Source: a virus (taxonomy: Duplodnaviria; Caudoviricetes). Taken from it: a stretch of DNA of 63,031 nt. Shown in pieces: positions 17,047 through 26,107 of this stretch. Made by a program: the position numbers and the translations under genes. The stretch's first letter is position 1. Every line of letters begins with the position of its first letter. Location: positions 1 through 63,031 of the IMG/VR virus record IMGVR_UViG_3300031695_000005; one strand, given 5' to 3'. Below the pieces are notes generated by a model. It was given only the letters and a program-made list of their open reading frames with translations, did not search any database and was not told where the DNA came from.

Positions 17047-18921
17047 CTAAAATAATGATTTATTGTTTTTAATTATTATCTCTTCACCTAATATCTTGCC
17101 TTTACGAGGAGTAGAATCTTTCGAGAACCATATATCTAAAGTATTGTTAAATCCGTTATCCTTTGTAAGTGTGAATGTTCTCGGGCTTCTAATGATCTCC
17201 TTATACTCTGCATCTTCCAATGCGGCCAAACCTTTTTTGTATTCTATTGACCAGCTATTAAGATTTCTTTGTTTGGATTCCCATACCTTATAATCATCAT
17301 CAGAATAAAAGTTTAATGATTCTTTACCTTTCTTTGCAACCATAAGAGGTGTTTCTACTTTAAGGATCCTACCTTCACTAAATAATTCTGGCCAATACTT
17401 ACCTAAGAAATTAATTAATAATGCTGCAATAGAGTTACCGTCTACATCAGCATCGGTATACAAAAGTATTTTACCATACCTTAAATCTTTAGGTTCATGA
17501 CCGATCTTTAAACCCATAGCAGCCATCATTGATTGTACCTCTTTATTCTGTACAACCTTAGATGCAGGCAATTCTCTAACATTAATAAATTTACCTCTTA
17601 GTGGGAATGCTCCTTGATATTGTGGTTCTCTGTATCTTCTAAATGCAGATGATGCAGAATCACCTTCAAATATTGCAAGTGTACATTTTTCTCTATCACC
17701 TCGTTTCTTTGCATCTATTAATTTAAGAACTTTAGTTTTATCTAAACCTTTATTTAATTTTCTAAGCTTTGCTCTTTCATCAGCTTCCTGTTTTCGATTA
17801 ATCCAATCTAAAACAGATTCTATAATTTCAGAATTTAAAACTTGTCTTAAAACCTTTTCACTTAATACATGACTTGTACCAAAATCTTTTGGTGGAGTTA
17901 TTAATTTTTCTTTAGTTTGAGAAGAGAAAGATGGATTAATAACAGTACAATTAATAAACAGATATAAATGCTGTCTTAATTCAGAAGGTTTTACATCTAC
18001 GCGATATTTTCTTTTTATTTTATCTCTAAGATAAGATGTAATTTGCCAGTCTATATTATTAACATGAGTACCACCATCTTTAGTTTCAACAGAATTAACA
18101 AATGATATTGCCTTAAAGCCAGTTTTTGAATGACCTATTCCAATTTTCCAATGTTCTGATTGATCATAAAATACTGGAGTTACATAACGACTTGCATAAT
18201 CTTTAAAAGTTTTAAAGGCAATCGGTTTATCATTTAAAAATATTTTAAGAGTTGGATTACATGCAGCAATATCAATAAGTCTTTTAGTTATCATTAAATA
18301 ATGATTCTTATTAATACCTTTTAAACCAAATCTTTCAAAATCAGTAAGATATGTTATTTTAGTATATGCAGTTTTCTTATTGGTGATTTTTGCCTTAGTC
18401 CTTTCAGACATATTATTTTTAAAGGTTTGTGCAAAATGTTTTTGCCCATCACAAGTTTCAATTATAAATTCTTTACTGAATATATTTGTTAATGTACTAC
18501 CTACACCGTTTGTTCCAACAACAACTCTATCTTCAGTATCATCAAAATTACTACCTGCCTTTAAATTAGAAAATATCATTTCTGGTACCCACTCATCATA
18601 CTCTTTATGAATCTTTACAGGTATACCTCCATTATCCCATATAGAAATTAAACCAGTAGACATATCTATATCTACTTTAACTTTGTTAAGCTTAGTATTT
18701 CTTTTATGTTCATCAACAGAGTTAGAAACTATTTCATCAAACAGTTTAAGGAATCCAGGATTATAAGTTACTTCAGTAAGTTGAAATTGATCTTTACCTT
18801 TCATAGGTAAAAATACTTCTTCGGTATGTGGCTTAATAGAACCTACATACATACCTGGTCTTAACAATACATGTTCTGTATCTGTTAACTTTTGGTATTT
18901 CTTTTCAATACTTACTGCCAT
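17047..18921 (-). CDS. Type II DNA topoisomerase, GyrB/ParE-like subunit (gp39+60)
   Basis: HVLLRPGMYVGS, EIVSNSVD, GTNGVG, EGDSA, PLRGK and DADVDG. Confidence 0.95.
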   Translation of the reverse strand: MAVSIEKKYQKLTDTEHVLLRPGMYVGSIKPHTEEVFLPMKGKDQFQLTEVTYNPGFLKLFDEIVSNSVDEHKRNTKLNKVKVDIDMSTGLISIWDNGGIPVKIHKEYDEWVPEMIFSNLKAGSNFDDTEDRVVVGTNGVGSTLTNIFSKEFIIETCDGQKHFAQTFKNNMSERTKAKITNKKTAYTKITYLTDFERFGLKGINKNHYLMITKRLIDIAACNPTLKIFLNDKPIAFKTFKDYASRYVTPVFYDQSEHWKIGIGHSKTGFKAISFVNSVETKDGGTHVNNIDWQITSYLRDKIKRKYRVDVKPSELRQHLYLFINCTVINPSFSSQTKEKLITPPKDFGTSHVLSEKVLRQVLNSEIIESVLDWINRKQEADERAKLRKLNKGLDKTKVLKLIDAKKRGDREKCTLAIFEGDSASSAFRRYREPQYQGAFPLRGKFINVRELPASKVVQNKEVQSMMAAMGLKIGHEPKDLRYGKILLYTDADVDGNSIAALLINFLGKYWPELFSEGRILKVETPLMVAKKGKESLNFYSDDDYKVWESKQRNLNSWSIEYKKGLAALEDAEYKEIIRSPRTFTLTKDNGFNNTLDIWFSKDSTPRKGKILGEEIIIKNNKSLF

Positions 18922-18956
18922 ATTTTTATTTTTATATAGTCAATTTTACTATTTGT

Positions 18957-19142
18957 TTACCTGACGGATCTTTTAAGATTAACATTAAGAGAATGCAAAT
19001 AAACATCTAGCCTATTTTTATTTCTTGTTAAACTCCACTTGGTTTTAAAAATAGATATAAGATTTTTTAGTGAAGGGTAATGAATAAGCTTATTATCTTT
19101 ATTCCTTACTGCCTTTATTACATAATCGTAATCTTCTTTCAT
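18957..19142 (-). CDS. Hypothetical protein (likely start MKEDYDY)
   Basis: ATG at 19142 lies 1 nt after the stop of the upstream small ORF. Confidence 0.5.
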   Translation of the reverse strand: MKEDYDYVIKAVRNKDNKLIHYPSLKNLISIFKTKWSLTRNKNRLDVYLHSLNVNLKRSVR

Positions 19143-19143
19143 A

Positions 19144-19296
19144 TCAGATTGCACGGTGTCTTCTTTTAGCATCCCACTGTACCTTTTTTGTTTTACCTAA
19201 CATAGCTAACTTATCAACCTTTTGATTAAAGTTATTTCTAGCGTCGTTTACCTGACTGTTTTGGCCATTGCTAGGGTTTTGATCATTCGTACTCAT
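19144..19296 (-). CDS. Small hypothetical protein (50 aa, not in the ORF track)
   Basis: MSTNDQNPSNGQNSQV...WDAKRRHRAI, tightly packed between neighbours. Confidence 0.55.
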   Translation of the reverse strand: MSTNDQNPSNGQNSQVNDARNNFNQKVDKLAMLGKTKKVQWDAKRRHRAI

Positions 19297-19306
19297 AATT
19301 ACTTAT

Positions 19307-19462
19307 TTATTTTAATTCGTCTTGTTCAGGTTGGTTATGCCTGGAATAATAACCATAATTTTCTTCTTTACTTTTTTTAGCGCTGTAACCTATGTTCCAC
19401 ACTAAACCTACAATGTAGCTAGTAAATATTACTGCTCCTACTATAAACATTACAATATTCAT
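19307..19462 (-). CDS. Small single-pass membrane protein (51 aa, not in the ORF track)
   Basis: MNIVMFIVGAVIFTSYIVGLVWNIG...; ATGA overlap with the upstream ORF. Confidence 0.6.
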   Translation of the reverse strand: MNIVMFIVGAVIFTSYIVGLVWNIGYSAKKSKEENYGYYSRHNQPEQDELK

Positions 19463-19629
19463 GATGCGCGTCTTTGTCTAATTGCAATTGCAAATAATAA
19501 TATTGTTCCTGACCAATGAGCAGAATATTGCGCTTCGGCAGTATAACCAAATAATCCTAATCCTATTGAATATAGCATTGCTATAAATCCTATAATAATT
19601 GGATACCATGTACTTAAAAACTTCTTCAT
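19459..19629 (-). CDS. Small two-helix membrane protein (56 aa, not in the ORF track)
   Basis: MKKFLSTWYPIIIGFIAMLYSIGLGLFGYTAEAQYSAHWSGTILLFAIAIRQRRAS. Confidence 0.65.
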   Translation of the reverse strand: MKKFLSTWYPIIIGFIAMLYSIGLGLFGYTAEAQYSAHWSGTILLFAIAIRQRRAS

Positions 19630-19658
19630 AATCTATATATATTTAATTTTAATTGTTG

Positions 19659-19732
19659 TGGAGAATAACGGAGTCGAACCGTTGACCTCCTGCGTGCAAG
19701 GCAGGCGCTCTAGCCAGCTGAGCTAATCCCCC
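19659..19732 (-). tRNA. tRNA-Ala(UGC)
   Basis: Full cloverleaf with G3:U70, anticodon loop CT-TGC-AC and TTCGA T-loop; CCA not encoded. Confidence 0.96.
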
Positions 19733-19747
19733 TTTTTAATAATATTG

Positions 19748-19820
19748 AGCGAAAGACGGGATTCGAACCCGCGACCCTCAGCTTGGTAAACTGATGCTCT
19801 ACCGACTGAGCTACTTTCGC
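19748..19820 (-). tRNA. tRNA-Gly(ACC)
   Basis: Cloverleaf GCGAAAG/CTTTCGC, U73 discriminator, anticodon stem TCAGT/GCTGA with loop TT-ACC-AA. Confidence 0.9.
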
Positions 19821-19824
19821 ATTG

Positions 19825-20168
19825 TGGAGGTGGTGGGATTCGAACCCACGTCCAATAAGTATCCTTAAAAACATTTCTTACAGCTTAGGATAAGTTTCTT
19901 TAAACTTCCAAAATCAGATTTTGATGTTCCATGGCCACAAAATCATAAAGGCTCTATTGGTTGTAATGTTTAACGGGTACATTACTAAACCACATCTTGC
20001 TTCCTTTTACATCTCGATTATTTACAAGCATACTAATAATATGATGAGCACTGCTTACCTACTTAGGCAGCCATTGCTAACTCAGCGTTGTCGGCTAAGA
20101 TTGATGTAGGTCATCACCCAGTACTGTAGTTTTTATCTCAATCTAATTGTCAAAAACCGGTCACCCCC
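19825..20168 (-). ncRNA. ssrA: tmRNA, predicted tag (A)ADNAELAMAA encoded at 20063..20095
   Basis: 5' GGGGGTGACCGGTTTTTGAC pairs with 3' GACGTGGGTTCGAATCCCACCACCTCCA (G3:U70); 344 nt; internal short ORF ending Ala-Ala-stop. Confidence 0.93.
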
Positions 20169-20196
20169 AATAAATCAAAGAACGTAATTATAATCT

Positions 20197-20526
20197 TTAT
20201 ATATTATACTCAATTTTTGGATGTAAATGAAATCCTCTTTTTAATTCCTCATAACCTTTCTTTGAACCAAATCTATTACCTGATGCTATATGCCATCTAA
20301 TCTTTTCAGTTTTATCATATTCACGATATTCTTTAAAGTCGTAGATAGTAAATGGAGTTCCATCCTCTGTCATCATCTCCCATTCATTTTGAGTCTTTTC
20401 ATCAACATCTGGATCTGTGTACATTACTGGGCCACATACTTTTTCTATATCTTCCATTGCTGCTTTAAAATCATGGTTATGAAAAGTAAGGTTCTCAGCC
20501 AAACTCGAATTTTCTAATCTATTCAT
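20197..20526 (-). CDS. Hypothetical early protein
   Basis: EKTQNEW, FTIYDFK and WHI pattern; preceded by the early-type motif. Confidence 0.6.
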   Translation of the reverse strand: MNRLENSSLAENLTFHNHDFKAAMEDIEKVCGPVMYTDPDVDEKTQNEWEMMTEDGTPFTIYDFKEYREYDKTEKIRWHIASGNRFGSKKGYEELKRGFHLHPKIEYNI

Positions 20527-20548
20527 CTTATCTTTATGTTTAGTATAT

Positions 20549-20580
20549 TATAATAATAACAAATCTTTTCTATTTCTGAA
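20549..20580 (-). promoter_or_regulatory. Putative early promoter
   Basis: TTCAG-N12-TTTGT-TATTAT-TATA. Confidence 0.55.
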
Positions 20581-20583
20581 AGA

Positions 20584-21387
20584 TTAATATGGCATTTCTA
20601 TATTTTTATTTTCTTCAGCTTTAAACTTAGCAATTAATTTAGTTAATATAATCTTAAGCTCTTTAGAAAATTCGCCTTTTTCAATTATCCATGTAAGATA
20701 GTTAAAATCATTTTCAAATATTTCTCTAAAAGGTTTTCCTTTATGTTTACCAAAATTAAATACAATAGTTCTTTTACCGTCTACATCAGCAAATTTTAAT
20801 TTACCACCTAAATCAACCTGATCAGCTCTACGAGTATTTACTTCCTTATCTATTTCTTCTGCAGTATCAGCCATTTGGTATACTTCTCTTTGTTTTTGAA
20901 ATATTTCCATTGTAGCTCTAACATCAGCCTCAGCTCTATGCGCACCTTCTAAATCTTTACCAGTATACTTTTTGTAAGTACTAGTTAAATCTCTCTTTTC
21001 ATAATTGCTATAAATAAGGAAAGGATCCATTACTGCTCGACCTCTATGATTAAATGCTATACCACATCTCATAAATTCCTCACATAAGAATGGTACATCA
21101 AAGAATAAGGCATTATACCCTCCTAAGTCGCAATCACCAATAAAATCGTTTATTTCAGATGCTATCATTTCAAAGGTAGGTTTATCCTTTAACATCTCTA
21201 AAGATATGCCATGCTTTTCTTCAGCTTCGGCTCTCATCTCTACATTACCTGGGTTTACTAATTGATTATAAGTCTCAATCTCATTACCGTCAAAATCGGT
21301 TTTAATCATGCATATCTCTATGATACGATCTGATGATGTACTTATTCCTGTGGTTTCTAAATCAAACCAAACTATATTTTTCTTCAT
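20584..21387 (-). CDS. DEDDh 3'-5' exonuclease (DnaQ/Pol III epsilon-like)
   Basis: FDLETTG, GYNALFFD and HRAEAD; C-terminal FNFGKHKG domain. Confidence 0.9.
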   Translation of the reverse strand: MKKNIVWFDLETTGISTSSDRIIEICMIKTDFDGNEIETYNQLVNPGNVEMRAEAEEKHGISLEMLKDKPTFEMIASEINDFIGDCDLGGYNALFFDVPFLCEEFMRCGIAFNHRGRAVMDPFLIYSNYEKRDLTSTYKKYTGKDLEGAHRAEADVRATMEIFQKQREVYQMADTAEEIDKEVNTRRADQVDLGGKLKFADVDGKRTIVFNFGKHKGKPFREIFENDFNYLTWIIEKGEFSKELKIILTKLIAKFKAEENKNIEMPY

Positions 21388-21456
21388 ACTATACTTTTTT
21401 ACCTTAACTGTTATATAATTTATATAGCTAAAGTTAAAGTTAGTTTTAAGAAATTG

Positions 21457-21924
21457 TTAAGTAAGTGAAATAATTATATTATTAACAGTATCGCCTTCTG
21501 CAATCTGCTCAATTAATTCCATTCCATCAATGACATGACCAAATGTTGTATGACCTGGGTCTAAATGTTGAGTTCCTCTTCGGCTTAAACAAATAAAGAA
21601 TGCACCCATTGCAGTATGCGGTGATCCAGTATTAGCAGCACTTAAAACGCCATAAGCATGAAAGTTATTATTCTTTTTTCTTCTAGGCATTTCTAATTCA
21701 TCATATAAATATGGATAATCACCATTGGGGAGATCGCCTTCTTTATTCTTTGGGCCTAGCTGTACCATAAAGCCTGGTATAACTCTATCAAAACTTTGGC
21801 CATTATATTTACCATCCTCTGCTTTAGCAATAAAATTTCCAGTGTTTATTGGAGTTTCATCATAAAGACGGAATGTAATATCTCCTTTATCCATTTTAAA
21901 GGTAGCGGTGTATTTAGTATTCAT
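21457..21924 (-). CDS. Cyclophilin-type peptidyl-prolyl isomerase
   Basis: FDRVIPGFMVQ, FFI and HLDPGHTTFGHVIDGM. Confidence 0.9.
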   Translation of the reverse strand: MNTKYTATFKMDKGDITFRLYDETPINTGNFIAKAEDGKYNGQSFDRVIPGFMVQLGPKNKEGDLPNGDYPYLYDELEMPRRKKNNNFHAYGVLSAANTGSPHTAMGAFFICLSRRGTQHLDPGHTTFGHVIDGMELIEQIAEGDTVNNIIISLT

Positions 21925-21941
21925 GTTTATTTATTTAGTGA

Positions 21942-24866
21942 TTAAGAATATACAGAACCGTTTTGTCCAGTATCTAAGTTTGAAATACCAGTAGTTATAC
22001 TTACAGGTAATTGTTTCAGTGTAGAATTCAATGCTATTAATGTAGTATTTAATTTTTTAAAGTCAGCACTACCAGAATCACTAGATGGTGATTTTGAAGT
22101 ATTACCTGTTAATGAATCTATTCCTCGACCTATTGCTCCTTTAAGGCCACCTCCAGTGTTAGGAGATTCAGCCATTATATCTCTAATTTCTTCAACTGCT
22201 CTTGCTAAAGCTACATAACCATCTCTTCTTCTAGGTAACTCGGAACCAGATTTAAATAAATCACCAAAGGCAACTGTCTTTTCAATATCTATTTTATTAA
22301 TTGCATCTGCAATTTTAGTAATACCATCTGCCGCCTTATCTAATAATCCTTTTTCTGCTACATCTCCTAATGTTACTATGAATGATTTAAAGTCACTTAA
22401 CTGCGTAGAGATAAATGGATTTGATGCATATAACGTTGCAAACGAAGTTCCAATAGAAGTTAATAATCTTCCAATTGATTTTGAAACCTTTTCAGGTTTT
22501 AATCCATCTTGTGAAAATGCTTTAAGTCCACCGGCTATATCTGTTAATGCAGCACCTGCACCATCAACGGCATCAATACCTTTTTCAACTAAATTTTCAT
22601 CCCAGCTAATTAAACCAAAGAAACCAGAATCTTTTTGTTCCATTCCACCAACAGCAGCAAATGCGTTACCTACCATACCTATTACGGCTTTAATCTTTCC
22701 AGCAACTGCTTTTGGATTTTCAATACCTGCAAAGGTACTTAAACCTCCTGCTATTTTACTTAATTCATCGCCTGCACCTTGGACTGATTGTATACCTTCT
22801 TGTACTTTATTCTTTTTAATTCCAAACAAAGATCCAAAGAAACCACCAGCTTCTACATTACCTTCTGTTGCAATAGCTGAAAACGCTTCTTGTACAAAAC
22901 CAATTGATTTAGATATAGCAGCACCAACTACATCAAAATCTACTTCAGAGTCAACTAATTTTTGAAATTCAGTTAAACCAATTGCAATATCCTTTAAAGC
23001 CGAGCCTGCGCCTTGCACCGAAGCTAAACCTTCAGCTACTTTATTCTTTTTAATTCCAAATAAAGATCCAAAGAATCCACCTGCATCAACATTACCTTCT
23101 TCAGCAACGGCAGCAAATGCTCTTTGTATAAATCCAACTGTTTTAGCTATAGCATCTCCTAATACGACAAAGTCTACTTTACTATCTACTAATTTTTGAA
23201 ATTCAGTTAAACCTCCTGCTATATTAGTTAATGCTTTACCTGCATCCATTACAGAACTAATACCTTTTTTAGTGGCATTAGGACTAAATGCATTTCCAAA
23301 TACTGAACCAAATATACCTGTTGGTGTTGCAGCTTCACCACCTGCTTGCGCAAATGCTGTACTGATTCCTGATAATACTGTTGCTAATTGTAAACTTTCA
23401 TCAGAAGTCCAACCTAATTTTTGATATGCTTTTAAACCTTTTGATAATACTATTAATGATAATCCTGCTGCACCAAATCCTGCGGCTGCTGCTATCATTT
23501 TAACAGAATCAACTGCTCCAGTTAAAGCTCCACCAATAGAACTAAAGAATCCACCAACACCACCTCCACTAGGCGGTCCTATAAATGCTGCTTTTACACC
23601 AGCTAATGTAGTAGTTAATTTAAGAGCATCATCTTCAGTAAAGTCAACCTTTTTAATTGCTGTTAATCCTGGGGCAAGTGCCAATAGTGCAACACCTATA
23701 GCGGCAAATGCAGCTGCACCTGGTATAATAGCTACTGCACCAAAACCGGCAGCAGCAAACAATAATCCCATTGCTGTTAATAATGCAGACTGTATACCAA
23801 TATCTTCTAATGTAGTATCTTTAGTTGCCTGTGCAAATGGTATATAACCTATTCCAAATACTAATAAACCTAAACCCATAGAAGCTAATGAAGCTGCACC
23901 TTGAATAATTAAACTAAATGCAGAACCTAAAATAGCAGTTACTATACCAATACCTACTAAGACTCCTGCTTGTAACGCAATAGCTTCAGGTGTTGGTGCT
24001 GTCTTAGCAACAGCGAATGCAAATAGAGCATAACCTAAACCAAATATAACTAATCCTATTCCCATCATTGCTAAAGCAATAGAACCGTTTGATATCTGTT
24101 TATCAAATAATCCTAATAAAGCAACAGCACCACCTATTAAAACTAATGAAGCAACCATTCCTACTAATATAGCAGGTGCCATTAAAATAAAGAATGTAGT
24201 TAATGCAAATAAAGCTAAGCCTACTGCAAATGATTTTAAACCATCACCTATCGTATCCAATGCTTTTGAACCTTTGGCTATTTGTTTTTCACCCATACCT
24301 AGTAAAAGGAATAGAGGAACTACTAAAGCAGTAGCTATGTATAATAATGGAAGACCTATTGCAGCTGGTATTAATAAAAGAGCAGATAGAGCTAAGGCTT
24401 TAGAGAATTTCAGAATTGAATCACCTATAGTCATCATAGCGTTAGCACCTGCATTCATTTTCTTTGGATCTGATTTAGACCATAACTCTATTTGAGTTTT
24501 AACAAAGTCATTATACTTCTTAATAGTCTTTACAGGAACTAGCATAAAGATTAATAAACCTTTAGCCATATCGACAGTACCAGCACCTAACATTTTAAAT
24601 GCATTACCACCATCAACCATTCCTTTTGAACCCTTACCGCCACTACCGCCTAATAAACCAGCAAGACCACCACCAGAGTCTTTTTTCATTAACGCGGTTT
24701 GTATTTTTAATTCTTTTAGAATTTGTGTTTGTACTGCACCACCAGATGATTGGCCAGTAGATGCAACAGCTACAGTTAATGCGTCTAATGATTCTGCGGT
24801 AGATTCTGTCGCAGCCTGGATCTTAGTTAAAGGATCCATTAAGTCTTTTAAAGTTACAACAGCCAT
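21942..24866 (-). CDS. Tape measure protein
   Basis: 974 aa, Ala/Gly-rich, hydrophobic core with internal repeats; lies directly after the tail chaperones and tube. Confidence 0.8.
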   Translation of the reverse strand: MAVVTLKDLMDPLTKIQAATESTAESLDALTVAVASTGQSSGGAVQTQILKELKIQTALMKKDSGGGLAGLLGGSGGKGSKGMVDGGNAFKMLGAGTVDMAKGLLIFMLVPVKTIKKYNDFVKTQIELWSKSDPKKMNAGANAMMTIGDSILKFSKALALSALLLIPAAIGLPLLYIATALVVPLFLLLGMGEKQIAKGSKALDTIGDGLKSFAVGLALFALTTFFILMAPAILVGMVASLVLIGGAVALLGLFDKQISNGSIALAMMGIGLVIFGLGYALFAFAVAKTAPTPEAIALQAGVLVGIGIVTAILGSAFSLIIQGAASLASMGLGLLVFGIGYIPFAQATKDTTLEDIGIQSALLTAMGLLFAAAGFGAVAIIPGAAAFAAIGVALLALAPGLTAIKKVDFTEDDALKLTTTLAGVKAAFIGPPSGGGVGGFFSSIGGALTGAVDSVKMIAAAAGFGAAGLSLIVLSKGLKAYQKLGWTSDESLQLATVLSGISTAFAQAGGEAATPTGIFGSVFGNAFSPNATKKGISSVMDAGKALTNIAGGLTEFQKLVDSKVDFVVLGDAIAKTVGFIQRAFAAVAEEGNVDAGGFFGSLFGIKKNKVAEGLASVQGAGSALKDIAIGLTEFQKLVDSEVDFDVVGAAISKSIGFVQEAFSAIATEGNVEAGGFFGSLFGIKKNKVQEGIQSVQGAGDELSKIAGGLSTFAGIENPKAVAGKIKAVIGMVGNAFAAVGGMEQKDSGFFGLISWDENLVEKGIDAVDGAGAALTDIAGGLKAFSQDGLKPEKVSKSIGRLLTSIGTSFATLYASNPFISTQLSDFKSFIVTLGDVAEKGLLDKAADGITKIADAINKIDIEKTVAFGDLFKSGSELPRRRDGYVALARAVEEIRDIMAESPNTGGGLKGAIGRGIDSLTGNTSKSPSSDSGSADFKKLNTTLIALNSTLKQLPVSITTGISNLDTGQNGSVYS
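22807..23274 (-). repeat. 78-aa (234-nt) tandem repeat within the tape measure gene
   Basis: EGNVxAGGFFGSLFGIKKNKVxEG occurs twice; the DNA match TTATTCTTTTTAATTCCAAA is at 22807 and 23041. Confidence 0.85.
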
Positions 24867-24879
24867 TTAGATTTTATTT

Positions 24880-25170
24880 TTAAAATTTAGGCATGGAGAT
24901 TTTTGGCATTGTAGGGGTTTTAAATTTACTAGCCATCCCATCCATATTGTATTTATCGTTGGTGTCTTTAGTATTTTGTTGCTCTTGCTTATTGCGCTCT
25001 TTCAACAAGTCATTATAGATTTCTAATGTGTACTCATATTCATAGAAAGGAAGCAAATCCAACTCTGAAGGTTGGAGATGCAACTTTTCTAATAATAATA
25101 CTCTAACTTTAAAGAAGTTCAGTAGAGATATCTGGAATAAGGAACAAAGCCTTGATACCGCCGGGAAACG
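24880..25170 (-). CDS. Tail assembly chaperone, C-terminal (GT-like) frame, probably reached by a +1 frameshift
   Basis: Frame open from 25170 with no ATG near its start; LLNFFKVRVLLLEKLHLQPSELDLLPFYEYE pattern; overlaps the upstream gene. Confidence 0.7.
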   Translation of the reverse strand, partial: RFPAVSRLCSLFQISLLNFFKVRVLLLEKLHLQPSELDLLPFYEYEYTLEIYNDLLKERNKQEQQNTKDTNDKYNMDGMASKFKTPTMPKISMPKF

Positions 25171-26104
25171 TTAGCGGAACGGTGACCCCCTCACCGCAGC
25201 TTTTACATGGAAATACCATCTCCGGTTTAACACCGACTTTCATATCTTCAGCTAATCTGTAGACAATTGTATATTTTGTAGCATCCCATCCTTGAAAAGA
25301 TGTAATCTTAGAGAATATATCTTTTTCATTCCAACCTCTCCATTCTCTCTGTAGATAAGGTAAGATAGCTAGAGTAGATTTATCCCAGCTTTGGTTTTTC
25401 TCTTCTCTATCTCTGATATAATCAGTTATCGCCCTCATTACACCTATTGTCGGTGGAGCCATTTTAATAATACCATAATTTTTTGTTGCAACCGAATAAC
25501 ATTTATCAGCTTCATCATAGTATTTTTCAAATCTTTCTACAACAGAATTAAACTGTAAATTATCTGTTCTTAATTCTACAGATTCTTGAGAATTACAACT
25601 AGAAGTCTTACATGATTTTCTACTTATTGGCATCATTAATGTTTGCTCACCAGTTTTAAAGGTTAACTCTCTAATTGATAGTATTAAATAAATTCTATCT
25701 TCTTCAAGAATATCCTTATAAGATCCTCTTTGCGTACCATACGTTACTTTAGAACATGATACTACAATGTTATTTAAACCTTCGTCTACTTCCTTTAGGT
25801 TATTTTCATCAATTGTAGAAAAGGTTCTAACCTCAGCAACCTTTGCAGGTCTAATATGAATTTCAAAATCTTCTCTATAAAATTTACCTTTTGACGGAAA
25901 GCTGTTAAGATCCAAACGAGTATAACCTACCATTGCATTTAATCTCTGAACTTCAGGATCATCATTAGTAACTTTATTCATTTGTCTAGCAACATCAACC
26001 TTTCCTAAACCTGTAACTACATCTCTAGGAGTTTCTGTAGCTTCTACTGGTATACCTTCAGCTGCTGCAAATTCCTTCTTAATATTTTCTTCGTGCTCTG
26101 ACAT
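25109..26104 (-). CDS. Baseplate hub assembly or tail assembly chaperone (gp26/gp51-like)
   Basis: FPSKGKFY, EDRIYLILSIRELTF and two Cys pairs; located between tube and tape measure. Confidence 0.7.
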   Translation of the reverse strand: MSEHEENIKKEFAAAEGIPVEATETPRDVVTGLGKVDVARQMNKVTNDDPEVQRLNAMVGYTRLDLNSFPSKGKFYREDFEIHIRPAKVAEVRTFSTIDENNLKEVDEGLNNIVVSCSKVTYGTQRGSYKDILEEDRIYLILSIRELTFKTGEQTLMMPISRKSCKTSSCNSQESVELRTDNLQFNSVVERFEKYYDEADKCYSVATKNYGIIKMAPPTIGVMRAITDYIRDREEKNQSWDKSTLAILPYLQREWRGWNEKDIFSKITSFQGWDATKYTIVYRLAEDMKVGVKPEMVFPCKSCGEGVTVPLTFPGGIKALFLIPDISTELL

Positions 26105-26107
26105 TAT

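Noticed and set aside
19825-19853. Apparent third tRNA (T-arm and acceptor end)
   Set aside because: No adjacent D or anticodon arm; it pairs with 20162..20168 as the tmRNA tRNA-like domain
19921-20109. Plus-strand 62-aa ORF
   Set aside because: Antisense to the tmRNA, with no protein features
22378-22965. Plus-strand 195-aa ORF and the other short plus-strand ORFs (7809, 17063, 18380, 24274, 26112, 31803, 42183 and similar)
   Set aside because: Antisense shadows of well-supported minus-strand genes, with no promoter motifs or domains
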